Assembly (NCBI GenBank): GCA_902527105.1
Contig: CABZNT010000002.1
Span: forward strand, 96,706 to 160,705
Direction: 5' to 3'
From: an uncultured Prochlorococcus sp.
Lineage (GTDB): Bacteria > Cyanobacteriota > Cyanobacteriia > PCC-6307 > Cyanobiaceae
Length of the DNA stretch: 64,000 nt
Shown here: positions 8,625-18,515 of the stretch, one piece after another
Layout: every line of letters starts with the position of its first letter
How positions within the stretch are numbered: the first letter of the stretch is position 1
Translations under genes and position numbers: made by a program
Notes under the pieces: model-generated
Databases searched by the model: none
What the model was told of the DNA's origin: nothing
The model's input: the letters and a program-made list of their open reading frames with translations, nothing else

Positions 8625-9074
8625 GTGCAGATTGGAGATAAAATTCCAGAATTTTCTTTACTGGATCAAAATGGAGTTAAAAGATCAAATAAGGGATTAA
8701 AAAGTCCCCTTGTTTTGTTTTTTTATCCAAAAGATGATACCCCAGGTTGCACTATAGAAGTTTGCGGATTTAGAGATAAATATGACTTATTTAAAGTATT
8801 AGGTGCCCAAGTTTGGGGAGTAAGTAATGGAAGTGCCTCAAGTCATTTGGCATTTGCTAATAAAAATAAATTACAATATCCACTACTTTGCGACACAAAT
8901 GACTCTCTTAGGAAAACTTTTAAAGTTCCTAAAGTATTAGGTTTTATGGATGGTAGAGTAACTTACGTTATTGATCGCAAAGGTACGGTTAGGCATATTT
9001 TTAGAGATTTATTGAATGGTCCCGAACACATTAAAGAGGCTATTAGAGTACTTAAGGAAATTCAAAATCAATAA
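8625..9074 (+). CDS. bcp: peroxiredoxin BCP/PrxQ
   Basis: FYPKDDTPGCTIEVC. Confidence 0.92.
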   Translation: MQIGDKIPEFSLLDQNGVKRSNKGLKSPLVLFFYPKDDTPGCTIEVCGFRDKYDLFKVLGAQVWGVSNGSASSHLAFANKNKLQYPLLCDTNDSLRKTFKVPKVLGFMDGRVTYVIDRKGTVRHIFRDLLNGPEHIKEAIRVLKEIQNQ

Positions 9075-9141
9075 ATTATTATTCAAAGAATTTGAGAAGA
9101 ATAACTTTTGTTTTATTATGGTTTCAGCTTTTTTTTAATAC

Positions 9142-9414
9142 ATGAAGAAAATGGGAATGCAGGCTGTTGATCTTGCTATTCAAAATGGAGTGGATCTTGA
9201 CGGTACTCCAATCCCTCAAAAAATGTTAGATCTATACAATAGAATTATGAATGAGGAGAATAAAAGACAAAGGAGTGGTGTTAAAAAATCAATGAGAAAT
9301 AGGTGCGTCAAAACGGGTTCTAAGCATTTTGATAAAGAAACATTGAATCAATTATTAATAGATTCGGGATGGGAAGGACTTAAAGAAAAGGAAATTTTAT
9401 TTTTTTATAACTAA
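9142..9414 (+). CDS. DUF4090 (Ssr1528-like) protein
   Basis: GVDLDGTPIP..ML.LY...RQRSGVKKSMRNR. Confidence 0.8.
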   Translation: MKKMGMQAVDLAIQNGVDLDGTPIPQKMLDLYNRIMNEENKRQRSGVKKSMRNRCVKTGSKHFDKETLNQLLIDSGWEGLKEKEILFFYN

Positions 9415-9513
9415 AAAAAATTTTTAATTATCTAAAAATCATTTATGGTAATTATTTATTTAAATTAAGAAACTGAGAACTAATTAAATATTTTTTAGAT
9501 CTAATTTTTTGAA

Positions 9514-9858
9514 TTATTTAAACCATCCTTTTTTTTCAGAGGAAATTATTTTTTCCTTTTCAGCTTTTGTTTTATTACTTGCTTTTTTGTATGCCAAGTT
9601 TGCTTCTATAAATGTAACTATGGATATAAAAAAAAGACCAGAAATTCCAATTATTTGTTCACTTTGAGAGGGTTCTGAATCTCCATTTAAAAAAAAACCT
9701 AAAGCGAACCATGCACTACTAGCAGTGATGGTATAAAAGTAGGGTTTCCATCTTCTTTGATATAAGTAACCTGATCCTAAACCAGGAAGAAAGTTTAAAA
9801 AAGATGCTACCCACCCATTTGAAGATGCAAGTATTTCGTCTCTTGAGGGATAAGACAT
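9514..9858 (-). CDS. membrane hypothetical protein
   Basis: LNFLPGLGSGYLYQRRW (TM2-like). Confidence 0.7.
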   Translation of the reverse strand: MSYPSRDEILASSNGWVASFLNFLPGLGSGYLYQRRWKPYFYTITASSAWFALGFFLNGDSEPSQSEQIIGISGLFFISIVTFIEANLAYKKASNKTKAEKEKIISSEKKGWFK

Positions 9859-9863
9859 TTATT

Positions 9864-9968
9864 TTAGGTATTTATTAAATGTGAATTTATATAAGCAAAA
9901 GATATTGCTGCACAAATTACCCAACTAAAGGGTAAGAACATTCTTATTTTTTCTTTATTATTATTCAT
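9864..9968 (-). CDS. 34-aa micro-protein
   Basis: MNNNKEKIRMFLPFSWVICAAISFAYINSHLINT*. Confidence 0.45.
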   Translation of the reverse strand: MNNNKEKIRMFLPFSWVICAAISFAYINSHLINT

Positions 9969-10034
9969 TTTTTAATTATGGAAAATATTTTTAAAATCTG
10001 TGGATTTTATAGATACTTTAAAACTAGAAGAATT

Positions 10035-10060
10035 AAAAAAGACGGTTTAAAACCGTCTTT
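10035..10060 (-). terminator. intrinsic terminator
   Basis: AAAAAAGACGGTTT-AAAACCGTCTTT downstream of 10087..10323. Confidence 0.7.
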
Positions 10061-10086
10061 GAAAAAGTAATTTCCCTAAAAATAAA

Positions 10087-10323
10087 TTATTTATCTTTTG
10101 AGGCTGAGAGTACTTTAAGTTCTTCTTTTACTTCTTTTTCTCTCTCTTCAAGATGTTTTAGTTGAGCTTTAAAAGCATCTTCAAGTCTTACTTTTTGTTT
10201 TGTAATTTCATCAAGCTCTTCTTGATGTTGGTTTTTCTTTAACTCCTTCATTTCACTATCGGAAATAACATATACAGGGCGATATGAAGGTGTTTCAAAA
10301 AGAAGATCAAACATTGAATACAT
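10087..10323 (-). CDS. conserved hypothetical coiled-coil protein
   Basis: VYVISDSE motif, followed by a terminator. Confidence 0.75.
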   Translation of the reverse strand: MYSMFDLLFETPSYRPVYVISDSEMKELKKNQHQEELDEITKQKVRLEDAFKAQLKHLEEREKEVKEELKVLSASKDK

Positions 10324-10527
10324 AAGTGACCTTTGAATTAGTACAAACTCAATATCTGATAATTCTTTGGAATATGAAAGGATAAATACCGAAGATATTG
10401 ATACGGCAAATACACCGAATTTCGGTTTACCTAACTTAACCGCCCAGTATTTACCGATCGAATTTTAAGGTATGTTTTAAAGTATTAAGGAGATGATTCT
10501 AAAGATCTAAATCAAAAAGAACTAAAA

Positions 10528-10956
10528 ATGGATTTAAAAATTACTAAAACATTAGTAATCCCATCCAACGAAATTAAGTGGCGATTTTCCAGATCCTCCG
10601 GTCCTGGAGGACAAAATGTAAATAAAATTGAAAGCAGAGTAGAGATTATTTTTAATTTAGAAGATTCCAAAGTATTAAATGATTATCAGAAACAAATTCT
10701 TAAGAGAAACTTGAAAAACAAATTAGTGAATAATAGCTTACGTTTAGCGGTTCAAGAACATAGAAATCAATTATTAAATAGGCAGCTAGCTTTAATGAAA
10801 TTTAGTTCAATAATAAAAAATGCTTTAAATAAACCTTTTAAATTAAGAAAATATACCCAACCCACTAAAGCATCACAAAAGAAAAGAGTTGAGTTTAAGA
10901 AAAAACGTGGCGAATTGAAAAAAAGTAGACAAAAAGAAAAAACATATCAAATATGA
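10528..10956 (+). CDS. arfB: alternative ribosome rescue factor ArfB (YaeJ)
   Basis: RSSGPGGQNVNK, basic C-terminal tail. Confidence 0.92.
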   Translation: MDLKITKTLVIPSNEIKWRFSRSSGPGGQNVNKIESRVEIIFNLEDSKVLNDYQKQILKRNLKNKLVNNSLRLAVQEHRNQLLNRQLALMKFSSIIKNALNKPFKLRKYTQPTKASQKKRVEFKKKRGELKKSRQKEKTYQI

Positions 10957-11028
10957 ATAAACTAAATAAATATTTCCCTCGCAAATTGTAATGAAAGCAT
11001 ATTATTAATTAAATTTCATTTTGGATTT

Positions 11029-11277
11029 TTGAATACAACTAATGATTTCTGGTTAATTGACTCCAATTTTGTAGGGGTGATGCGTTTCTACAAAGATAAA
11101 GATAATTCTGATAAATCTATTAATTATATGTTTATTGAAGAGGGAATTATTATGGGAATTCATGGAGAAAATCCTCCATTAATGAAAACTAGAAAAAAAA
11201 TTGTTATTGAAGAAGCAAGAATATTATGGCAAAAATTGTTAAATGAAGGTTGGCAAAAAACTAATAAAAAATGGTGA
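11029..11277 (+). CDS. DUF1651-like protein
   Basis: WLID...PPLMKTR...W..L...GW....W. Confidence 0.75.
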   Translation: MNTTNDFWLIDSNFVGVMRFYKDKDNSDKSINYMFIEEGIIMGIHGENPPLMKTRKKIVIEEARILWQKLLNEGWQKTNKKW

Positions 11278-11305
11278 GGAAAGTCTACAAAAACTTTTTT
11301 TAATT

Positions 11306-11470
11306 TCAGAAAATAAATGAACCTTTAGGGTATAGCCTGGAAATTTTTTTCTGCTGTAAATATTTCTTTTTTTTGATGTCGTTTTCATATCTTCTCAACA
11401 TCATTAGATAGTTAGCAACTCCAAAAATTATTAAAAAAATAATAAATCTTATTCCTGCCTCTAAGTTCAT
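11306..11470 (-). CDS. 54-aa membrane micro-protein
   Basis: MNLEAGIRFIIFLIIFGVANYLMMLRRYEND...YPKGSFIF*. Confidence 0.5.
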   Translation of the reverse strand: MNLEAGIRFIIFLIIFGVANYLMMLRRYENDIKKKKYLQQKKISRLYPKGSFIF

Positions 11471-11532
11471 ATGAGTATTAAACTTTATTCTAATCTGACA
11501 ATTACTAATTAAAAATCAATCGGTATTTATAT

Positions 11533-12414
11533 CTAATTAAAACGTCTAGTAAAAATTTTTTTTGATTTTACTGTATAAAAAATACATAACAAAAATAATA
11601 TTAAAATTGCACTAAAGCTTCCGATTGGGTTTGGAATATTTTGTGTAAAAGGCCCTGCTAAAAAAGAATTTGTATTTTCTTTGAATTCTATTAATCCATT
11701 ATTTAATAAAAACCAAATACCCACAAGTCCTCCATGAATTCCTATGCAATTCCATAAAGAGCCTTTATTTCTAATTTTTACTAATGATAGAAATATCCCA
11801 AGTAAAATAAATCCCAAACGTAATCCTACTATGTTCCAAAAGATCTCATTTGATAAATTATGAACGAAGCTAAAAATTATAGCTTGTAAAGCTATTGATA
11901 TTTTTGTACCATATTCAAATTTTAATTCTTCTAGTAACCAGCCTCTAAAAATTATTTCCTCTGCGAATCCAACACCTAATCCCAGTAAAATAGAATTTAA
12001 CAATATTGTTGGCGAGAATTCACCTATCCAAGAAATATAATTTTTTTGTAATAGTGGTACCAGAATTAGAATTATTAAAACTAAAGCAAATAAAATACCT
12101 TGAGAAAAATTGAAAAAGTTTTTCAAGAATTTGTATTTTGTTATCCCAAGAATTATCCAAGCACTTGATTTATTTCTTTTGATATAAAACCAATATGGGA
12201 GTAAAAAGATAAAAAGTAAAAAAGTAATAATAGTACCAATTAAGGATAAATTATCTTTTTCAAAATTAAACAATAAAAGTGGCTGAGATAAAGCCCAGCC
12301 AATTCCATAAAGAATTGGAATAAAAAATAAAGTGGATAAAAATCTTGGTCTTAAAAGAAAAAAACTTCTAATTAGTATCATTACATTTTTCATTTTAGTT
12401 TGAATATTAGTCAA
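11533..12414 (-). CDS. CPBP (Abi/CAAX) intramembrane protease
   Basis: AEEIIFRG, FSFVH, IGIHG motifs. Confidence 0.9.
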   Translation of the reverse strand: MTNIQTKMKNVMILIRSFFLLRPRFLSTLFFIPILYGIGWALSQPLLLFNFEKDNLSLIGTIITFLLFIFLLPYWFYIKRNKSSAWIILGITKYKFLKNFFNFSQGILFALVLIILILVPLLQKNYISWIGEFSPTILLNSILLGLGVGFAEEIIFRGWLLEELKFEYGTKISIALQAIIFSFVHNLSNEIFWNIVGLRLGFILLGIFLSLVKIRNKGSLWNCIGIHGGLVGIWFLLNNGLIEFKENTNSFLAGPFTQNIPNPIGSFSAILILFLLCIFYTVKSKKIFTRRFN

Positions 12415-12608
12415 CCCCAGCCTTTGCCTTTTATTATTCTAACTACTTGTTCAAAAAGTTTTAGCTTTTTCTTTTTACTATAATTTATGTTTTTTGTAAG
12501 ATTAGATAAATCTTTATAAAATTGCCGAGTTATTTTATCTTCTTTATCACTAGGCCATAGTAAGTCTGAGCCCTCTTCATATTCTTCTTTATATCTTTCT
12601 TTATTCAA
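12411..12608 (-). CDS. hypothetical protein
   Basis: 65-aa ORF. Confidence 0.5.
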   Translation of the reverse strand: MNKERYKEEYEEGSDLLWPSDKEDKITRQFYKDLSNLTKNINYSKKKKLKLFEQVVRIIKGKGWG

Positions 12609-12697
12609 ATTTTTTTTATATCGTAATAATTTAAATTTTACTTATTGCAAATGCTTAAAAGTGATGTTTATTAAATTTGTATATTTATTTAAAATTT

Positions 12698-12787
12698 ATG
12701 CTGATTAATCTTCCAACTTTAGTCTTTACATTATTATCTCCATTCCTTATTTTTGCAGTAATAGTATCGGTTTACTTATTTCATTAG
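12698..12787 (+). CDS. 29-aa hydrophobic micro-ORF
   Basis: MLINLPTLVFTLLSPFLIFAVIVSVYLFH*. Confidence 0.35.
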   Translation: MLINLPTLVFTLLSPFLIFAVIVSVYLFH

Positions 12788-12814
12788 GAAGTATTTAAAA
12801 TAAACTTAATTAAT

Positions 12815-12910
12815 TTAAGGGTGTATGATGCCTACTTTTTCTAATGCAAATGATAAAACGGCAATAATAGCCATTAGTGTTAAGATCTTGTTCTTTTTGA
12901 TGAAATCCAT
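12815..12910 (-). CDS. 31-aa single-TM micro-protein
   Basis: MDFIKKNKILTLMAIIAVLSFALEKVGIIHP*. Confidence 0.55.
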   Translation of the reverse strand: MDFIKKNKILTLMAIIAVLSFALEKVGIIHP

Positions 12911-12984
12911 AATGCATATTAATAATCTATTTATTAAATTCTTATATAAAATAATAAATAATTAAAAATATTATATCAATTACA

Positions 12985-13125
12985 ATGGAACCCATATATA
13001 TAGGAGATTTAGTTCCCTCAATAGCTTCTTATAAAAAGATAATTGAAAAATATGATAAAGGTATAAAAGAAGGTGAATTTTATGAAGAACCTATTGGAGG
13101 AGATTTTAATTACCCTGATTGGTAA
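12985..13125 (+). CDS. 46-aa hypothetical protein
   Basis: MEPIYIGDLVPS...PIGGDFNYPDW*; ends 2 nt before the next ATG. Confidence 0.55.
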   Translation: MEPIYIGDLVPSIASYKKIIEKYDKGIKEGEFYEEPIGGDFNYPDW

Positions 13126-13127
13126 AT

Positions 13128-13307
13128 ATGATTACTACAAAAATAACTTTTGCCTTGGCAGATTGGATTAGAGAGTGGCGTAAGTGCCGGGATAATAATC
13201 CTTCTATTGATGAGTGTGTAAAATTTGTTCAGTGGAAATTAGAAAATTATAAACTTTCTGATAGTGATAAAAGAATAATTGAATCTATTTTGCTCTATGA
13301 ATCTTAA
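13128..13307 (+). CDS. hypothetical protein
   Basis: MITTKITFALADWIREWRKC...; ATG at 13128 preferred. Confidence 0.65.
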   Translation: MITTKITFALADWIREWRKCRDNNPSIDECVKFVQWKLENYKLSDSDKRIIESILLYES

Positions 13308-13433
13308 TAAATAAGGGATTATAGACCTTAATTTTTATATTTATCTATAAAAAACAAAGGATCATTAAAATCCTCTTACAAATTAAGAAAAAAGTAAATC
13401 AGCATATTTACGGATTTACTGAAAATATAAAAA

Positions 13434-13747
13434 GGAGTAATTTATAAATGTTGAGTTCGGAGGCAATCTAAATGATTGATAGTCCGCCTGAAATTTAGCA
13501 AATTCCAAAATATAGGAAGCGTATTCCTGAGAATGGGATTATTCGAAAATTCAAGTTCAATCAATTAGTCTGATAAGACTTCGCTTTATAATTACTTGCG
13601 ACAACAGGGACTGAAATTATCGAGAGAAATCCCCGAATTCACGTATTCTAGGTTTATGAGTAAATAGACTTTAAAATATGTAATTTTATATCCTGTTAGA
13701 AGGAAATCAAATATCAAAAAGGACTGTACTACCAGTCCTTTTTTTTT
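13434..13747 (+). ncRNA. candidate structured ncRNA
   Basis: ORF-free region with a long-range closing helix, several internal hairpins and a strong terminator; 5' end approximate. Confidence 0.45.
13716..13747 (+). terminator. intrinsic terminator
   Basis: AAAAAGGACTG-TACTAC-CAGTCC-T9. Confidence 0.8.
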
Positions 13748-13818
13748 AACAAATTACTTTTAAACTAGACTTCTTTTTGGATAATATGGATTTATTAAGT
13801 GTTTAAAAATATTTCACA

Positions 13819-14769
13819 ATGAAAGATCAAGTCTTGTTTCCTAAAATTGAAGTTCGTGAAAAGGGTTACTTACAAGTAAGTGATATTCATACGATTTATT
13901 GGGAAAGATCAGGAAATCCAAATGGTAAAAAAATACTAGTTATTCATGGAGGCCCAGGAGGAGGAAGTCAACCAAGATATAGAAGATACTTTGATCCAGA
14001 TAAATTCGATATTATTCAATTTGACCAAAGAGGTTGCGGTTCTTCAACTCCTTTCTCCGAATTAAAAGAAAATACGACCAATCATTTAGTTGATGATATT
14101 GAGAAATTAAGGATTCTATTAAATATAGATAGTTGGCATTTGTTTGGTGGATCTTGGGGCTCAACACTTTCACTTATATATGCAATTAAAAATCCCTCAA
14201 GAGTTATAAGCTTAACTTTGCGAGGAATATTTTTATGTAGAAAGTTTGAATTATTGTGGTTCTATCAATATGGTGCAAGTGAGATATTCCCAGATGAATT
14301 TGAAGAATATATTTCTGTGATACCAAAAGAAGAAAGAAATGATTTGATAAGTTCTTTTTATAAATATCTAACATCATCAGATGCAAATCTTAGATCAAAA
14401 GCAGCAGCAGCTTGGACAAAATGGGAACTCTCAACTAGTCATTTAATAAATAAAAAATTCGATTTTGATAAGTCTCGAGTTAATTCTTTTTCAGATGCAT
14501 TTGCAAGGATCGAATGTCATTATTTTATTAATAATATTTTCTTAGAAGATGATTTTATTTTGAAAAAAATAAAAACAATAGAATCGATTCCAACAAAAAT
14601 AATTCAAGGTAGGTATGACGTTGTTTGTCCTGTTAGGAGCGCTTGGGATCTAAATAAGAAATTAAAGAATTCTGAATTAATTATTGTTAATGATGCTGGT
14701 CATTCAATGAGTGAAAAGGGAATTACTAAAGAATTAATAAAAGCTGTAAAAGGAATTCAAAATCTCTAA
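13819..14769 (+). CDS. pip: proline iminopeptidase
   Basis: HGGPGGG, DQRGCG, GGSWGS, QGRYD, AGHS. Confidence 0.95.
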   Translation: MKDQVLFPKIEVREKGYLQVSDIHTIYWERSGNPNGKKILVIHGGPGGGSQPRYRRYFDPDKFDIIQFDQRGCGSSTPFSELKENTTNHLVDDIEKLRILLNIDSWHLFGGSWGSTLSLIYAIKNPSRVISLTLRGIFLCRKFELLWFYQYGASEIFPDEFEEYISVIPKEERNDLISSFYKYLTSSDANLRSKAAAAWTKWELSTSHLINKKFDFDKSRVNSFSDAFARIECHYFINNIFLEDDFILKKIKTIESIPTKIIQGRYDVVCPVRSAWDLNKKLKNSELIIVNDAGHSMSEKGITKELIKAVKGIQNL

Positions 14770-14792
14770 AAGAGAGAATATTCCTTTAAAAA

Positions 14793-14966
14793 TTAAAGGC
14801 CATTATCTTCAATATTTTGTGCAATACTCCTAAGAAGTTCGACGATATCAGAATCTTCGCATTGAGTATCTTCTTTGAGCAAAATGCATTCGTCTCTAAT
14901 ACTTACATTAGTACTCCACCATATACCAGAACTATTGGTATCGTCCCATTGAAATCTTTCAGACAT
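14793..14966 (-). CDS. 57-aa hypothetical protein
   Basis: MSERFQWDDTNSSGIWWSTNV...LLRSIAQNIEDNGL*. Confidence 0.6.
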   Translation of the reverse strand: MSERFQWDDTNSSGIWWSTNVSIRDECILLKEDTQCEDSDIVELLRSIAQNIEDNGL

Positions 14967-15094
14967 AGTTAATAAAATCTAATAAATACATTAAAGCTTG
15001 CATTAGTTCATCGTGGAATTATTTATTTAATTTCAAAATTTTAAAAACTTTCCTAGGCGCTAAAAGGAATCTGGAAATTTCTGACAATTAAAAT

Positions 15095-16591
15095 TTAGAA
15101 ATCTAATTTTAGTTCGTATTGTTTTTCCTTTTCCTTAGAAACATTTTTATTATTATTTATTTTTTTTCTAGGCCTTTTTCTAGAGCCATGCTTTAAATAA
15201 ATTTCTTTTGAGATATCCCAATATCCATCCTTTTTAGTGATTTCCTGAATTTTCTTCTTTGCAGTTTTAGTACTGATTGGGATGTCAATTATTGGTCTTA
15301 TGTAATTAATTTGTTCATATTCTTCTTGATTAAATCTAGATAATAGCCATGGTTCATGAATGAAATTAAGTGATATATCTTTTAATTCTGGTATCCATTT
15401 TTTTATAAATTTACCTTGAGGATCATGATCTTTTCCCTGCTTAATAGGATTATAAATTCTATTCGTATTTATAGACGTAGTTCCAGATTGCATTTGGCAT
15501 TGGTTCCAATGTATTCCAGGCTCATAATCTACAAATTTATTTGCTAATTCTGAACCTGAATCTTGCCAAGGTAGCCATAAATTATAGCTAGCAAAAGACA
15601 TTAACATCGCTCGCATCCTGAAGTTAATCCATCCATTGAAATTTAATGAACGCATACATGCATCTATAAAAGGAAAGCCAGTATTACCTGAACTCCATGA
15701 ATAAAGTAATTCATTATTTTTTTCTCTAATATTTTTAAAAAAAGGATGGTATTCCCTAAACTCTAGTTCTGGTTCACTTTCAAGTTTCTGAATAAAATGA
15801 CAATGCCAAGTTAATCTGCTTTTTAACATCTTAGAATTATTGTTTTTTAATATATTTGCCTTTTTAAAAATTTCTTTTAATGAAATGCATCCCCAACAAA
15901 TATATGGGGATAATCTTGTACAACTATCAAATGATTTTTCTGGGCTAGATATATCTTTTGAATAAGAATCTAATTTATTACTAAAGAAGTATTGCATTCT
16001 CTCTAAACCTTTCTTTCTTCCACCTTGCATTCTTCCTGGACACTTTTCTTTTTTAAAGGAAAAAATTTCGTCTGAGGGTATTTCTCCAATATTAAAGTTA
16101 ATAGGATTAATTCTTAATGGAGCTTTAAGTAAGTTTTTTTCGGAATTTTTTTGCCACTTTTTAGACCAATTATTCCTATCTAAATTTCCTCTAAAAACTG
16201 AAAATTGTAGAAATTCCCTCCAAATAATATTTTTGCTTAAAGCCCATTCTCTTACTTTTTGATCTCTTTTATAAGAAAGCCAATCTCCGGTTTCTTGATG
16301 GCTATATATACCTTTGATTTTAAATTTTGAACTGATTTCATCAAATATATTAATAACATTCCCAGTCCTAATAATTAATGGTTGTCCAATCTCAGCAAGT
16401 GCATTTCTTAAATCGATTAAACTTTCTTTGCAAAATTGCCATTGTCTATTTGAATGAGTATTTTGGCTCCAAATATCTAACTCAATAATATAAATAGGTA
16501 AAATATCATTGTCTTTAATAGCCTCAAAGAGAGCTTCGTTATCAAAAATTCTTAAATCTTTCTTAAACCATAAGATATTTATTTCTTTCAT
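15095..16591 (-). CDS. photolyase/cryptochrome family FAD-binding protein
   Basis: WFKKDLR, LSPYICWG, TGFPFIDACMR, NFRMRAM; start placed at MKEINILW. Confidence 0.9.
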   Translation of the reverse strand: MKEINILWFKKDLRIFDNEALFEAIKDNDILPIYIIELDIWSQNTHSNRQWQFCKESLIDLRNALAEIGQPLIIRTGNVINIFDEISSKFKIKGIYSHQETGDWLSYKRDQKVREWALSKNIIWREFLQFSVFRGNLDRNNWSKKWQKNSEKNLLKAPLRINPINFNIGEIPSDEIFSFKKEKCPGRMQGGRKKGLERMQYFFSNKLDSYSKDISSPEKSFDSCTRLSPYICWGCISLKEIFKKANILKNNNSKMLKSRLTWHCHFIQKLESEPELEFREYHPFFKNIREKNNELLYSWSSGNTGFPFIDACMRSLNFNGWINFRMRAMLMSFASYNLWLPWQDSGSELANKFVDYEPGIHWNQCQMQSGTTSINTNRIYNPIKQGKDHDPQGKFIKKWIPELKDISLNFIHEPWLLSRFNQEEYEQINYIRPIIDIPISTKTAKKKIQEITKKDGYWDISKEIYLKHGSRKRPRKKINNNKNVSKEKEKQYELKLDF

Positions 16592-16676
16592 AATTTTTTC
16601 TTTTAATCCTAGAAAAATAAGATTAAGTTTGTAGTAAAAAATATAAAAAATTTTAGAATAACTAAAAATCAAAAAA

Positions 16677-17300
16677 ATGAAAATAACAAAAAAACTTTGG
16701 CAGGATAATTATGAGATTGCTTTACTAAGTTTAAATACAAAATTTGTTCAAGGTTTAAAGAATGGAAGTCTCCCTAAAAATATATTTCAAGAATATTTAG
16801 CTCAAGATTATTTCTTTTTAGAGACTTTTGCTAAGGCTTATGGTCTTGCTGTTTCCAAATCAAAAGATAAGTACTCAATAAGGAAGTTAAGTGAACTTTT
16901 AATGGGCGTTTCAGAGGAGTTAATACTTCATGAAACGTATTCAAAAGAATGGGATATTGATTTGTCTAATAACTATATTAAAAAAGCCACTAAAAATTAT
17001 ACAGATTTTCTTGATGATACTTCTAAAAGACTTAGCTCCGTTGAAATAATGTTTGCAATGACTCCATGTATGCGACTTTATTCTTGGATAGGAAAAAGTT
17101 TGTATGAGGAGGATTTTGATATTAAATATAAAGAATGGATAGTTACTTATTCTGATGAGAGCTTTGAAAAGCTAGCAGATTCACTTGAAAATCTTATTGA
17201 GACTAATAAAGAAACATATGATATTAATCAGGCCAAATATTTATACAGGAGAGCTATGGAATTGGAGTTAGATTTTTTTAATGCATATTCAGATTTCTGA
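16677..17300 (+). CDS. tenA: TenA thiamin-salvage family protein
   Basis: YLAQDYFFL, PCMRLY, EWI..Y, ELDFF. Confidence 0.88.
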   Translation: MKITKKLWQDNYEIALLSLNTKFVQGLKNGSLPKNIFQEYLAQDYFFLETFAKAYGLAVSKSKDKYSIRKLSELLMGVSEELILHETYSKEWDIDLSNNYIKKATKNYTDFLDDTSKRLSSVEIMFAMTPCMRLYSWIGKSLYEEDFDIKYKEWIVTYSDESFEKLADSLENLIETNKETYDINQAKYLYRRAMELELDFFNAYSDF

Positions 17301-17349
17301 TTTAAATTAAAATTTATTTATAGTACTTTCAAAAACAAGTTAATAAATT

Positions 17350-18129
17350 ATGTATTCTAAAATTGTACTTTCAATAGGCGGTAGTGACTCCGGGGGTGGA
17401 GCGGGGATTCAGGCTGACTTGAGAACTTTCATGGCCCTTAAAGTACATGGATGTTCTGTTATTACATGTATTACCGCACAAAATAGTATAGAGGTTACAT
17501 GCGTTCAACCAGTAGAGAAGAATACTTTACTAAATCAGTTAGATACTTTATTTGCTGATTTTGGTATCGATGCCTTAAAAACTGGAATGTTATTAAATGA
17601 AAGGATAATTATTGATACTGCTTCAAAATTAAAAACATACAAAATAACCAAAATTATTGACCCAGTAATGGTTACAAGAACTGGTTCTAAATTACTGGAA
17701 GATTCTGCTATTAATGCTTATAAAAAACTCTTATTACCAATTGCTGATTTGGTAACTCCAAATATTTATGAAGCAAATCTACTTTCTGGTTTAGAAATAA
17801 GGAGTAAAGAAGATATCGAAAATTCAGCAAGAAAAATTATTGGTCTTGGAGCTAAAGCGGTACTTATAAAAGGTGGCGGTTTAAAAGATATGAAAGGGAA
17901 GGATTTTTTCCTTGACTTAAATGGTAGAAAAGAGTGGTTATTTAATAATTTTATAAATACAAAAAATACCCACGGAAGCGGCTGTACTTTGAGTGCTGCT
18001 ATTTGTGGTTACAAGGCTTTAGGTTTTGATCTATTTGAATCCATACAAAAAGCTAAATTATTTGTTGAGAAATCTTTAGAAAATTCTTATAAAATAGGGA
18101 CTGGCCCTGGCCCTTTAGGCCATCATTAA
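17350..18129 (+). CDS. thiD: hydroxymethylpyrimidine/phosphomethylpyrimidine kinase
   Basis: GSDSGGGAGIQAD, DPVM, THGSGCTLS. Confidence 0.95.
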   Translation: MYSKIVLSIGGSDSGGGAGIQADLRTFMALKVHGCSVITCITAQNSIEVTCVQPVEKNTLLNQLDTLFADFGIDALKTGMLLNERIIIDTASKLKTYKITKIIDPVMVTRTGSKLLEDSAINAYKKLLLPIADLVTPNIYEANLLSGLEIRSKEDIENSARKIIGLGAKAVLIKGGGLKDMKGKDFFLDLNGRKEWLFNNFINTKNTHGSGCTLSAAICGYKALGFDLFESIQKAKLFVEKSLENSYKIGTGPGPLGHH

Positions 18130-18147
18130 TTTTTTATAGAAGTGGAG

Positions 18148-18333
18148 TTAGAACCACCATTTTCTGTAGGGCTTTTTTAAAAATAAGATTTCTTCAGTCT
18201 CCCATCCTCCCTCCAACCACTCAAGATGTTCAAGTAATAAAGACTCACTTTCCCTTTTGCTTAATTGCCCAATTCTATTAGCAATACCATCGAACCTTAC
18301 TTTCATCAATTCCTCAATCTTGATGTTATTCAT
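18148..18333 (-). CDS. hypothetical protein
   Basis: 61-aa ORF. Confidence 0.55.
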   Translation of the reverse strand: MNNIKIEELMKVRFDGIANRIGQLSKRESESLLLEHLEWLEGGWETEEILFLKKPYRKWWF

Positions 18334-18515
18334 AGGTTAAATAATAAATTTTTTCTACTCTTACTTGTATACATTTTCTTGTCAACGATTTAATTTTATT
18401 TGTTTACTAGCAGTTCTTAAATATGTATTCAATACAACTTTTTAAAATAGATAGTAATTAAGACTTATTCACATAGATTTAATTAAAGACTAATTTATAT
18501 AAAAATACTTTAACT

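Noticed and set aside
16592-16672. N-terminal extension of the photolyase ORF given by the ORF track
   Set aside because: Low-complexity and leaves no promoter space before tenA; family homology begins at MKEINILWFK.
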